Positions 13,265-24,737 of a DNA stretch of 64,000 bases are shown one piece after another. The position numbers were made by a program, and so were the translations under genes. Position 1 is the first letter of the stretch, and each line of letters begins with the position of its first letter. Origin of the DNA: Mobula hypostoma (lineage: Eukaryota); NCBI RefSeq assembly GCF_963921235.1, contig NC_086097.1:6820001-6884000 (forward strand). The letters run 5' to 3'. Below the pieces are notes generated by a model that did not search any database, was not told the DNA's origin, and saw only the letters and a list, made by a program, of their open reading frames with translations.

Positions 13265-14065
13265 AATATCTGTGCAGCAGCAAGAAAAGAGCATGGCCTC
13301 AGTGATGGAGGACTCTGATGATAAATTCTGCTTTCCTCCAACAGCATCTTGTGTAGATTCACTCAATGGTTGGGAAGGCTTTATTTATGATGCACTTGGC
13401 TGTATCCACTACTTTTTGTAGGACTCTCCATTCATGGGCATTGGTGTTTCCATACCAGGCTGCGATACACTCTCCAACACACTGTAGAAGTTTGTCGAAG
13501 TTTTAGATGTCATGTCAAACCTCCACAGACACCTAAGCAAGTATGGGGACTGCCATGCTTTCTTCGCAATTGAACTTACATGCCAGGTCCAGGACAGATC
13601 CTCTGAAATCGTGGCATGCAGGAATTTAAAGTTGTTGACCCTCTCCACCTCCGATCCTCCCATAAGGACTGGCTCATGGGCTTTATGTTTCTCCCTCCTG
13701 AAGTCTGCAATCAGTTCCTTGGTCTTACTGACACTGAGTGAGAGTTTGTTCTTGTTACACCACTCAGCCAAGTTTTCAGTCTCCCTCCTGCATGCTGATT
13801 CATCACCCCCTTTGGTTCGGCCCACAAAAGTGGTGTCTTCAGCAAACTTGAATACGGCATTGGAGTTGTGCATAGCCATATAGTCACAGGTGTTAAGTGA
13901 GCAGAGCAGAGACCTGAGCACACAGCCTGTGGTGCACCTGTGCTGACGGAGATCATGGAGGAGATGCTTTCGCCAATCTGAACTGAATGGGATTGCAAAT
14001 CCGAACAAACTGACAAGTGAGGAAATCCAGGATCCAATTGCATAAGGAGGTATTGAGGCCAAGAT
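13265..14065 (-). mobile_element. Rex1/Babar-type RT fragment
   Basis: ORF 13409-14062 has FKFAEDTT, WCNKNKLSLSVSKTKELIADFRR and FKFL; ORF 13711-14070 has STGAPQ. Confidence 0.85.
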
Positions 14066-14419
14066 ATCAATACTTCCTTGATTCCTTACAGAATGACACC
14101 AGCATTGAATTCCGATCTCCAGAATACCCTGAGCTGTAATGTTGTTGCACTAACCCCTACATTACCATGCTCTCCATAATTAAGAACTTGCACATAATTA
14201 AGAATTAGAACAGGATTAAGCCATTTTGCACTTCCCAGCTGATGTTCTAGCTTAGCATCATTTTTCTACACTATATATTATTTGATTTGCTTAATATTCT
14301 GGAACCTACTGTTTTCTGTATTTTAAGTACATTATTTATTCGTCTTTCACTTGTGAGGCAATTTGCTGAGGATTATCCTTGACTAATTGCTGAAAATTGT
14401 GATAAAGTTCAAAATAAAT

Positions 14420-14846
14420 ATCCACTTGGTGGCCGGTATACAGGTACCTCCTGCACTTAATAAAGTGGCCTCTGAGTGTATGTTCATGGTCTTCTGCTGC
14501 TGTAGCCCAGCCACTTCAATGTTCAATGTGTTCTGCCTTCAGAGACGCTCTTCTGCACACCACTGTAATGCGTAGTTATTTGAGTTACTATCATCTTCCT
14601 GTCAGCTTGAACCAGTAACCCAGTGAAGGGCAGTTCTGTGGGTGAAAATGCCTTGTTAATGAGAGAGGTCAGAGGAAAATGGCCTGACTGCTTCAAACTG
14701 ACAGAAAGGTGAGAGTAACCCAAATAACTGTTCAACAGAACAGTGGTGTGCAGAAGAGCATCTCTGAATGCACAATGCACTGAATATTGAAGAGGCTGGG
14801 CTACAGCAGCAGAAGACCTTGAACATACATTACACTCAGTGGCCAC
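14420..14846. mobile_element. Tc1-derived non-autonomous element(s) in fold-back arrangement
   Basis: TIR-like ends taataaagtggcctctgagtgta and tacactcagtggccac. Arms 14465-14616 and 14687-14846 are imperfect reverse complements. Confidence 0.75.
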
Positions 14847-15134
14847 AGGAGAAGTGAATATATTGTGTTTCTATCCACCTTACCATCTTCTCAACAAGAC
14901 TTTAGGATAATCTATATTTCCCAATTAACCTGTCTTTGGAATATTTCAGAGCATCCATGGAAGCCCTCATGTTCACAGGAGAACTTGCAAACTCCTGAAA
15001 GACACCATCAGAGTTGTGGAACAGCAGCTTCACTAACTTGCTCCTCTGTACTTCCCCACCACATCACTGCATCTCCTCAGTGCCAATGGAATTCCACAAT
15101 GTTGGAAGGGTAGATAAAGCATTCAGTGAAGGGG

Positions 15135-15470
15135 AAGAAGGGATAAATGCCATTCCTTAGGACATCCATTAGTCTTGCCAGACCATGGATCTGCACCTGG
15201 AAAGTCTTCACTCTCCAGGGCGCAGGCCTGGGCAAGGTTGTATGGAAGACCAGCAGTTGCCCATGCTGCAATCTTCCCTCTCCATGACACCAATTTTGTC
15301 CATGGGAAGGACATTAGGGCCCATACAGCTTGGCACCGGTGTCGTCGCACAGCACTGTGTGATTAAGTGCCTTGCTCAAAGACACAACACGTTGCTTTGG
15401 CTGGGGCTCGAACTCACAACCTTCAAGTCCCTTGTCCAATGCCTTAACCACTTGACCATGTGCCCACTGA
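15135..15470 (-). mobile_element. tRNA-head SINE with RTE-derived 3' half
   Basis: The minus strand has A box tggtcaagtgg and B box gagttcgagcc, then tgtgtctttgagcaaggcacttaa, then sequence homologous to 31960-32070. Confidence 0.7.
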
Positions 15471-15599
15471 ATGCCATGGGTTTGTTTAAAACTGAATAAA
15501 CTAAGTATGTGAAGTTTATTAGGCAGTGATAAACCAAGAATTGTTGCTCATGTGAAGCATAACATCTGCCACAGACAAGCAGGGTGTGGTACCACAACG

Positions 15600-15740
15600 T
15601 GGGGTGACACAGCAGCACGGCTGTTAGTGCAGTTCCTAGACAGACTGGAGTTCATATCCCACTGCCGTCTGTAAGGAGGCAATACATTCCCCCATGACCA
15701 CATGGGTTTTCCTTGGCTGCTCCCACTCACATCCCAAAGG
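15600..15740 (+). mobile_element. V-SINE-like 5' part
   Basis: ggagttcatatcccactgccgtctgtaaggag...catgggttttccttggctgctcccact. Confidence 0.6.
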
Positions 15741-15774
15741 CATTAGTGCTTGCATGCATGCTAGAAGCATGATG

Positions 15775-16265
15775 AAACTTCAACGTTCAAAGTTTAAAGT
15801 ACTTTTATTATCAAAGTAACTATACTTTACACAACCTTGAGATTCGTCTCCTTACAGGTAGCCACAAAACAGAGAAACCCAGTAGAACCCGCTCAAGGAA
15901 AAGAAGACCATCAAATACCCAATGCGCAGAGAGAGAAAAAAAACAAATCATGCAAGCAATAAAAATAAGCAAACAACCTCGGAATTGAAGTTCATTAGCT
16001 GCAGGCCACAGACCCAGCTCAGTGCAGAGGCAAGTAAGCCTTGCGGAACAGCAAGCAGAGCCAGTTTGACCCTCACCTTCGGCCCCTGACCTCTCGATCT
16101 GGCCCGGCACTTAAATCATCCAAACCTCCCATCATTCCTTGCTCTCGGACCCAGGGCCTTCCGCTTTGATACGCTCTTGGACCCAAGTCGACAGCCCTGA
16201 CTAGGCCCATACCCAACCTTGCACTTACCGTCTGCCCCAGCGCATCCCCGATGCAAACAACACAT
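15775..16265 (-). mobile_element. Non-autonomous Rex-tail element
   Basis: Rex-type 3' tail joined to a GC-richer non-coding body; same family as 24745-25600 and 50870-51235. Confidence 0.55.
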
Positions 16266-17196
16266 TTCACATGATGTTTTGATGCTTTGGTGCATATGTG
16301 ACAGACAGATAAAGCTAATCTTTAATCTTTAGGGCTGAACAGTTCGCATTTTTAATATTTACTATCAATTTGTAATCCAGGGACCGGGAAGCGCAGAATC
16401 AAATATCACTATGATGATTGTACGTTCTAGTATCAATTGTTTGGCGACAATAAAGTATAAAGCATCTGTAGATTCAACGTAATTGGGATAAGGGAATGCA
16501 TCTCTTAATGGCAAATTCCTGGTGCTGCTCAATATTCAAGTGTAGACAGCATTGTGTTACCTCAAACATACATGTTCAACCACAATAGCTGGGGGCTTTG
16601 CTTTCCAATGTTGAGCGCTTTATGCAGGCAAATTAGACACTTAATTGCTGCATGAGATTGGATAAGAAATGTGATTCAGTGAGAGGAAGAAACTGCTGCT
16701 CCTTACTGAATTGAGTGGAAATGATTGCAGTGGAACGTAAGTGAAACCTGCCTCGGTTTTCAGCTCTGTAGCAGGCGATTGGGAGCAAATGAATTGATTT
16801 TGAAAGGCAGCACGGCAGTAAAGATATCTCTGATTGCTCTGTTGGTGGTGATGAGCCAGCCTGAGGGGTGTGGAAATTAATGATCTGATATCAAGACCAT
16901 TGTCTGGAATGCATTCAGCCTTAACATTTAAGTAGGTTCTTCAGACTGTTTTGCCGCAATGAATGTCTCCAATGAATCTTCAGACTACAATCAGATTGAG
17001 ACTTGTAAAATATCATTGTCACTCCAGAAATGGTGTTATGATATTGTTTGTTGTCTTTTGCACCCTAGTTGGTGCAGTCTTTCATTAATTCTATCATGAT
17101 TATTGGATTTATTGAGTAAGCCTGCAAGAAAATTAACCTCAGGGTTTTTCATGGTGAGATATATGGACTTTGATAATAAATTTGCTTTGAACTTTG

Positions 17197-18155
17197 TTGC
17201 AACACACACACAAAATGCTGGAAGAACTCAATAATGAATAAACAGTCAATGTTTCGGGCTGAGACCCTTCTTCAGGACTGGAAAGGAAGGGAGAAGGCGC
17301 ACAAATAAAAAGGTGGAGGGAGGGGAAGGAAGATAGCTAGAAGGTGAAGCCATATGGGTGGGAACGGTAAAGGGCTGGAGAAGAAGGAACTTGATAGGAG
17401 AGGAGAATGGACCATAGGAGAAAGGGAAGGAGGTGGGGACCCAGAGGGAGGTGATAGGCAAGTGAAGAGTGGAACAAGCCAGAGAAGGGATTAGAAAACA
17501 AGAGAAGAGGGAGGAAGAAAAGATTTTACCAGAAGAAGAAATCGATATCCATGCCATCAGGTTGGAGGCTACCCAGACAGAATATAAAGTGTCTGGTAAA
17601 GTGGGTAGCCTCCTCTTGGAAGAAAAGGAAGCCATGGATGAACATGTTGGAATGGGATTGGGGATCAGAATAAAAATGTTTGGCCACAGGAATATTCTGC
17701 TTTTGGCAGATGGAGTGGAGGTGCTCAACGAAGAGGTCCCCCCAGCATGAATATCGATTTCTCCTTCAGATAAAAGAAATCCTCCCTCTCCTTTCTTCTT
17801 TTATTTCCATTCTAGCCTCATATCATCTCCGCTGCCAGTCACCTCCACCTAGGTCCCCTCCTCCTTCCATGTTATGGACCACTGTCCCCTCCTATCAGAT
17901 TCCTTCCTCTCAAGCCCTTTACCTTTCCTACCCACCTGGATTCACCTATCATCTTCTAGCTTGTCCCCTTCTCCTGCCCCACCTTTTTATTCTGACATCT
18001 TCCACCTTCCTTTTCAGTCCTGATGAAGAGCCATGGCCCAGAACATGGATGGTTTACTCTATTCCATAGATGCTGCCTTTCCATAGATCCTCCAGCATTT
18101 TGTGTGTGTTGCCCTTTGTGTGGGTTTCCCTACATCTGCAAAATCTCTTGTATTT
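17197..18155. mobile_element. PLE remnant with inverted pLTR pair
   Basis: A minus-oriented pLTR and GIY-YIG end (17197-17742) is followed by a plus-oriented pLTR and tail (17743-18155). Degenerate hammerhead motifs lie at 17244-17280 (-) and 18016-18052 (+). Confidence 0.8.
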
Positions 18156-18184
18156 ATTATTTTAACTTTGTTAATTAACTTTGT

Positions 18185-20555
18185 AAAGACATGAGAGAAT
18201 AGGACCAATCAAGTGTGACAGTGGAAAAGTGTGTAGGGAACCGGAGGAGATAGCAGAGGTAATTAATGAATACTTTGTTTCAGTATCCTCTACGGAAAAG
18301 GACTTTGGCGATTATAGGGATGACTTACAGCGGACTGCATATAATGAAGAAAGAGGATGTGCTGGAACTTTTAGAAAGCATCAAGTTGGATGAGTCACCA
18401 GGACTGGACGAGATATACCCCAGGCTACTGTGGGAGGCAAGGGAGGAGATTGTTGAGCCTCTGGCGATGATCTTTGCATCACTAATGAGGATGGGAGAGG
18501 TTCCAGAGGATTGGAAGACTGCAGATGTCGTTCCCTTATTCAAGAAAGGGAGTAGAGTATCCCAGGAAATTATAGGCCAGTGAGTCTTACTTAGTATGTT
18601 GATGGAGAAGATCCTGAGAGGCAGGATTTATGAACATTTGGAGAGGCATAATATGATTATAAGTAGTCAGCATGGCTTTGTCAAAGGCTGGTCATGCCTT
18701 ATGAGCCTCATTGAATATTTTGAGGATGTGACTGAACACATTGATGAAGGAAGAGCAGTAGATGTAGTGTATGTAGATTTCAGCAAGGCTTTTGATAAGG
18801 AACCCCATGCAAAGCTTATTGAGAAAGTAAGGAGGCATGGGATCCAAAGGGACCTTGCTTTGTGGATCCAGAATTAGCTTGTCCACAGAAGACAAAGAAT
18901 GGTTGTAGATGGGTCATATTCTGCATGGAGGTCGGTGACCAGTGGTGTGCCTCAAGGATCTATTCTGGGAACCCTTCTCTTCATGATTTTTATAAACAAA
19001 CTGGATGAGGAAGTGGGGGGATGGTCAGTAAATTTGCTGATGACACAAAGGTTGGGGGATGTTCTGGATAGTGTGGTGGGCTGTCAGGGGTTACAGCGGG
19101 ACATCGATAGGATGCAAACCTGGGCTGAGAAGTGGCAGATGGAGTTCAACCCAGATAAGTGTGAGGTGGTTTATTTTGGTAGGTCAAATATGATGGCAGA
19201 ATATAGTATTAATGATAAGATTCTTGACATGGAATTGAATTTAGGAGCCGAGAGGTAATGTTGCAGCTATATAGAACCCTGGTCAGACCCCATTCGGAGT
19301 ACTGTGCTCAGTTCTGGTCACCTCACTACAAGAAGGGATGTGGAAACTATAGAAAGGGTGCAGAGGAGATTTACAAGGATGTTTCCTGGATTGGGGAGCA
19401 TGCCTTATGAGAATAGTTTGAGTGAAGTTGGCGTTTTCTCCTTGGAGTAATGGAGGATGAGAGGTCACCTGATAGGGGTGTATAAAATGATGAGAGGCAT
19501 TGATCGTGTGGTTAGTCAGAGGCTTTTCACCAGGGCTGAAATGGCTGCCACAAGAAGGCACAGGTTTAAAGTGCTTGGGAGAAGGTACAGAGGAGATATC
19601 AGGGGTAAGTTTTTTACGCAGAGAGTGGTGAGTGTGTGGAATGGGCTGCCAACAATGATGGTGGAGGTGGATACGATAGGGTCTTTTAAGAGACTTTTGG
19701 ATAAGTACATGGAGCTTAGAAAAATAGAGGGCTATGGGTAACCCTAGTAATTTCTAAGGTAGGGACATGTCCGGCATAACTTTGTGGGCTGAAGGGCCTG
19801 TATTGTGCTGTAGGTTTTCTATGTTTCTATGTTTCTATGACAGTGTAGAGGATCAGAGGGATCTTGGGGTCTGTGTCCATAGGACACTCAAAGCTGCTGC
19901 GCAGGTTGACTCTGTGGTTAAGAAAGCATGCAGTGCATTGGTCTTCATCAACCATGGGATTGAGTTCAAGAGTCATGATGTAATGTTACAGTCATATAGG
20001 ACCCTGGTCAGACCTCACTTGGAGCACTGTTCTCAGTTCTGGTCACCTCACTACAAGAAGGGATGTAGAAACTGTAGAAAGGGTGCAGAGGAGATATACA
20101 GGGAAGTTGCCTGGATTGGGGAGCATGCCTTATGAGAATAGTTTGAGTGAAGTTGGCCTTTTCTCCTTGGAGCGACCGAGGATGAGAGGTGACCTGAGAG
20201 AGGTGTATAAGATGATGAGAGGCATTGATCATGTGAGTAGTCAAAGGCTTTTTCCCAGGGCTGAAATGGCTAGCATGAGAGGGCACAGTTTTAAGGTGCT
20301 TGGAAGTAGGTACAGATGAGATGTCAGGGGTAAGCTTTTTACGCAGAGAGTGGCGAGTGTGTGGAATGGACAGCTGGTGACTGTGGTGGAGGCGGATTAA
20401 GAGACTTTCAGATAGGTACATGGAGCTTAGAAAGATAGAAGGCTCTGTGTAACCCTGCGTAATTTCTAAGGTAAGGACATGTTGGCACAGCATTGTGGGC
20501 CAAATGGCCCGTATTGTGCTGTAGGCTTTCTATGTTTCTATATTTCTATGTTTCT
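18185..20555 (+). mobile_element. CR1 RT fragment with a second same-orientation CR1 3' fragment nested at 19230-19837
   Basis: ORFs 18266-19258 are RT. The host breaks at gataagattcttgaca and resumes at tgacagtgtagaggatcag. Two (TATGTTTC)n tails are present. Confidence 0.9.
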
Positions 20556-20889
20556 AATTTTGTTGCGCTGTATACGGGACTACACCCCACAATGTAAATG
20601 TTGTGCAGTAGGTACATTTTAATACTTATCTTCAAAATAATTTTCATGTTAGACTGATATCTCACACAATTAAGTAATATGAACAATACAAGATCTAGAA
20701 TTAGGCACGGGTTGAAGTAGGAGAATGGGGTTGAGTGGGATAGATCTTGTATTGTTCATATTACTTAATTGTGTGAGATATCAGTCTAACATGAAAATTA
20801 TTTTGAAGATAAGTATTAAAATGTACCTACTGCACAACATTTACATTGTGGGGTGTAGTCCCGTATACAGCGCAACAAAATTAGAAACA
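20549..20889. repeat. Perfect inverted repeat: 149-bp arms, 43-bp spacer
   Basis: 20549-20697 is the exact reverse complement of 20741-20889, checked base by base by eye. Confidence 0.95.
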
Positions 20890-20969
20890 AATTCCTCTGG
20901 TCAGCCATGAGGAATGGTGGAGCAGACATGATGGGCTGCACCATCATGTGGAATAGTCTAAATCTGCTC

Positions 20970-21100
20970 AAAATGCTGGAGGAATGCCCAGTCCGGGCTT
21001 TATTGACAGAAAAAAAGTACAGTCAATGTTTCGGGCTGAAACCCTTTGGCAGGACCCTTTGCTCAGATTTCCAGCATCTGCAGATTTTCTCTTGTTTGCG
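20970..21100 (-). mobile_element. Mini-PLE with 14-bp TSD inside a CR1 3'UTR remnant
   Basis: gtctaaatctgctc occurs at 20956-20969 and 21101-21114. A degenerate hammerhead motif lies at ~21020-21056 (-), with the tail in the opposite orientation. Confidence 0.8.
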
Positions 21101-21784
21101 GTCTAAATCTGCTCCTATGTCTTATGGTTCTGTATCGGCCAGCTCCTGAGGTTTAAATACATGACTGACATCAATGCTTCTACATCCCCAGTGTGAAGCA
21201 TAGATCTTACCATCCAGTCAATCCTGTATTTAATGATATTGAATAATCACAGCAAAATTTTAACTAAAATTTAAATAGCAGCTGTGGTAAACATTCCAGT
21301 TAAGTTACTGAACTAATATCACCATGGGAATCTAATACTGAGTAAGAAAATGAACTTTTATATTTACTCCACATCTAAGAGGACAAGTGGTCCATCAAAT
21401 CTGTACCAGCTTCAGAGCTATCCCATCAGTACAAATGCCCAGTGCATAGTTCGAATGACATTGATTACATCAACGTTTCCTATGAGTTATATATCTACAG
21501 TAGCACAGCTTTATAAGAGTATCCCTGCACTGAATACACAGTTCAGGACAGGTCTGTATTGTTGCTTAAACTTTTGGTCAGTGGTATATTCATAGAACCA
21601 TCCTTCAAAATTAGAACCAAATGGGCATAATTTGGATGTCAGCAGTTTATACTCAGAAGCTCCTTGATAGACATCAGTATTGAAGTCAGGGGATGTGCTA
21701 CCATCATAAATATTTATTTCTGTAGGTTTACCAGACTCTATTCAAAATGTTAAAGCTAGATAGTTGATTACAGCAAGTGAAACT

Positions 21785-23100
21785 GAAAACATGAGAAAAT
21801 CTGCTGACGTTAGAAATCCTAACCAACGCATACAAAATGCTGGTGGAACTCAGCAGGTTAAGCAGCATCTATGGAAATAAAAGGCCGAGACCCTTCATCA
21901 GGACAGGAAAGGAAAGGAGAAGCTGCCAGAATAAAAAGGTTGGGAGAGGGCAAGAAGGTGATAGGTGAACAAACAAAAGAAAATCTGCAGATGCTGGAAA
22001 TCCAAGCAACATACGCAAAATGCTGGAGGAACTCAGCAGACTAGGTAGCATCTATGGAAAAGAGTACAGTCAACATTTTGGGCAAAGTCCCTTAGGCAGG
22101 ACCAGAGAAAAGATGAGGAGTAGATTTAGAAGGTGGGGGAGGGGAGAGAGCAACACAAGGTGATAGCTGAAACTGGGAGGGGGATGGCTGAAGTAAAGAG
22201 CTGGCAAGTTGGTGAAAGAGATACAGGCTGGAGAAGAGGACTTTCAATAGCAGAGGACATAGAAACATAGGAGCATAGAAAACCTACAGCACACTACAGG
22301 CCCTTCGGCCCACAAAGTTGTGCCGAACATGTCCCTACTTTAGAAAATACTAGTGTTACCCATAACCCTCTATTTTTCTAAGCCCCATGTACATATCCAA
22401 AAGTCTCTTAAAAGACCCTATCGTATCTGCCTCCACCACTGTTGCCGGCAGCCCATTCCACGCACTCACCACTCTGCGTAAAAAACTTACTCCTGACATC
22501 TCCTCTGTCCCCCTACTCCCCAGTACCTTAAACCTGTGCCCTCTTGTGGCAGCCACTTCAACCCTGGGAAAAAGTCTCTTACTATTCACACAATCAATGC
22601 CTCTCATCATCTTATACACCTCTATCAGGTCACTTCTCATCCTCCGTCGCTCCAAGGAAAAAAGGTCGAGTTCACTCAACCTGTTTTCATAAGGCATGCT
22701 CCCCAATCCAGGCAACATCCTTGTAAATCTCCTCTGCACCCTTTCTATGGTTTCCACATCCTTCCTGTAGTGAGGCGATCAGAACTGAGCACAGTACTCC
22801 AAGGGGGGTCTGACCAGGGTCCTACATAGCTGCAACATTACCTCTCAGCTCCTAAATTCAGTTCCACAATTGATGAAGGCCAATAAACCGTATGCCTTCT
22901 TAACCACAGAGTCAACCAGTGCAGCTGCTTTGACAGAAGGCCATGAAAGTAAGAAAAGAGGGGAGGAGCTCCAGAGGGAGGTGATGAGCAGGCAAGGAAA
23001 TAAGGTGAGAGAGGGAAATGGGGATGGTGAATATTGAAGGGGAGGGGAGGTTGTGGCCATCACCAGAAGTTCAAGAGATCAATGTTCATGCCATCACTGA
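21785..23100 (-). mobile_element. Tandem PLE terminus remnants; the second is interrupted by a CR1
   Basis: Two tail+pLTR starts at ~21785 and ~21968. The PLE resumes at 22932 (gacagaaggccatg) and ends at caatgttcatgccatca. Confidence 0.7.
22260..22931 (-). mobile_element. CR1 3' fragment
   Basis: ORF 22356-22757 ([14 protein letters not shown]...GSFKRLLD); (GAAACATA)n tail; possible gaca TSD. Confidence 0.9.
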
Positions 23101-23264
23101 GTGAATTCTTAATCATAATTCCAACAGAAACATTCAATAAGTACTGTTGGAAGCAGCAATCCCATTCACTCTTATAAAATAATGTCACTTCCCTGAGGGA
23201 TTCTCCCAATTCTTCTGCCTTTAATGCAATAAACATCCTTTCAAAGTTGGAGCCCTCCTCTGGT

Positions 23265-23490
23265 CAGAGTGAACCAGGGATGTTGCATCCTTTTTGTCTA
23301 CATAGTCCATACGCAAACCAGGACAGTACGATATGGAGAGCAAGCTGCCTCCCATGCAGCAGTCTGCCCCTCTGATGAGTCCAAAGGACAGCAGAGACCG
23401 ATACAGTTTGGTACCAGTGGCATCGCAGGAATTGCCAGTCAGCGTTGAACTCAGTGTAGGACTGCTTTTGGGACTCTAGCTCTGGCTTTA
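23265..23490 (-). mobile_element. RTE-derived element 3' part
   Basis: Reverse-complement homology to 31900-32120. Confidence 0.6.
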
Positions 23491-23527
23491 TGGGCTAGAA
23501 GTCTCATTTCTGAGCTACATCCCTTGA

Positions 23528-24635
23528 TCAGAATCGAGTTTCATATCACTGGCATATTGTGGTAAATCATATGTTGTAACTGGGTTACCTGTCTGGGCAC
23601 GTCCCTCTGCTGACTGCCTCTGTGGCTCCTCCCACAGACCCCTGAATAAAGGTGTTTCGCCTTGCCCCTCCCTCTCAGTCCGGGGGCAGACACTCACCAT
23701 GGAGGTCGTATTGTACAGCAAATAAAAGCCTTTCAGTATTTACCCTACTTCAGTCTTTTGGAGTTACTGAAGGTGCATCACATACGTCATGAGATTTGCT
23801 GTTTGTCAGCAGCAGTACATTGCGATACATAATAATAAAAACTATAAATTACAATAACAAGTACATATAAAAAAGAACATTAAATTGAATAAGTAGTGCA
23901 AAGTGAGAAGGAAAAGTATTGAGGTAATGCCCATTCAGAAGTCTGATGGGGGAGTGGAAGAAGCTGTTCTTGAAGTACTGAGTGTGTACCTTCAGGCTCC
24001 TCGACCTTCTCCTTGATGATACAATGAGAAAAGGGCACATCCTGTATGATGGGAGTCATTAATGACGGATACAGCCCTTCTGAGGCATCGCCTTTCGAAG
24101 ATGTGCTCAATGCTGGGGAAGCTGGTAACCGTGATGGAGCTGGCTGAGTTTACAACTTTCTGCAGTTTTCTCCTATCCTGTACATTGACCCCTCCATGCC
24201 ATTCAGTGATGCAACCAGTTAGAATGCTCTCCATGGTACATCTGTAGAAATTTGCTAGAGTCTTTGGTGACATACCAAATCCCCTTAAACTCCTGACGAA
24301 ATACAGCCACTGCCGTGCCTTCTTTGTAATTGCATCGATATGTTGGGCCCAGGATAAATCCTCAGAGATGTTGACACCCGGGAACTTGAAACCACTCACT
24401 CTTTTCACTCCGGAACCCTCAATGAGGACCGGTGTGTGTTCTGTCGACTGCCCCTTCCTGAAGTCTACAGTCAGTTCCTAGGTCGTACTGGTATTGAGTG
24501 TAAGTATGTTGTTACGACACCACTCAACCAGCAGATCTAACTCCTGAACACCTCCTCGTCACCATCCGAAATTTTGCCAACAGTAGTTGTGGCATCGTCA
24601 AATTGAAAGATTGGGCTTGCCTAGCCACACAGAAA
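23528..24635 (-). mobile_element. Rex1/Babar-type LINE 3' fragment
   Basis: ORF 23992-24408 (FKFPGVNISEDLSW, NFYRCTMESILTGCIT); ATTCTG-type tail at the left end. Confidence 0.9.
23558..23780 (+). mobile_element. Solo LTR (223 bp) inserted in a Rex tail
   Basis: TG...CA termini (tgtggtaa...tgcatca); TSD catat (23553-23557) and catac (23781-23785); internal AATAAA. The host tail ggcatatgtcatga is restored on excision. Confidence 0.8.
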
Positions 24636-24737
24636 CTCCATTCTAATGGTTGTTTAAGATAAAGAAAGACTGTGCATCAGATGAGACGAAAGGCAGATCA
24701 GTTTGCAACCTAAATGCTGAGTTTCACCTATTTCACA

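Noticed and set aside
15395..15470. tRNA-like sequence
   Set aside because: No full cloverleaf; it continues into a SINE body.
20549..20889. MITE or miRNA gene interpretation of the inverted repeat
   Set aside because: No TSD, the left arm begins within a CR1 tail, and the right arm interrupts a CR1 remnant.
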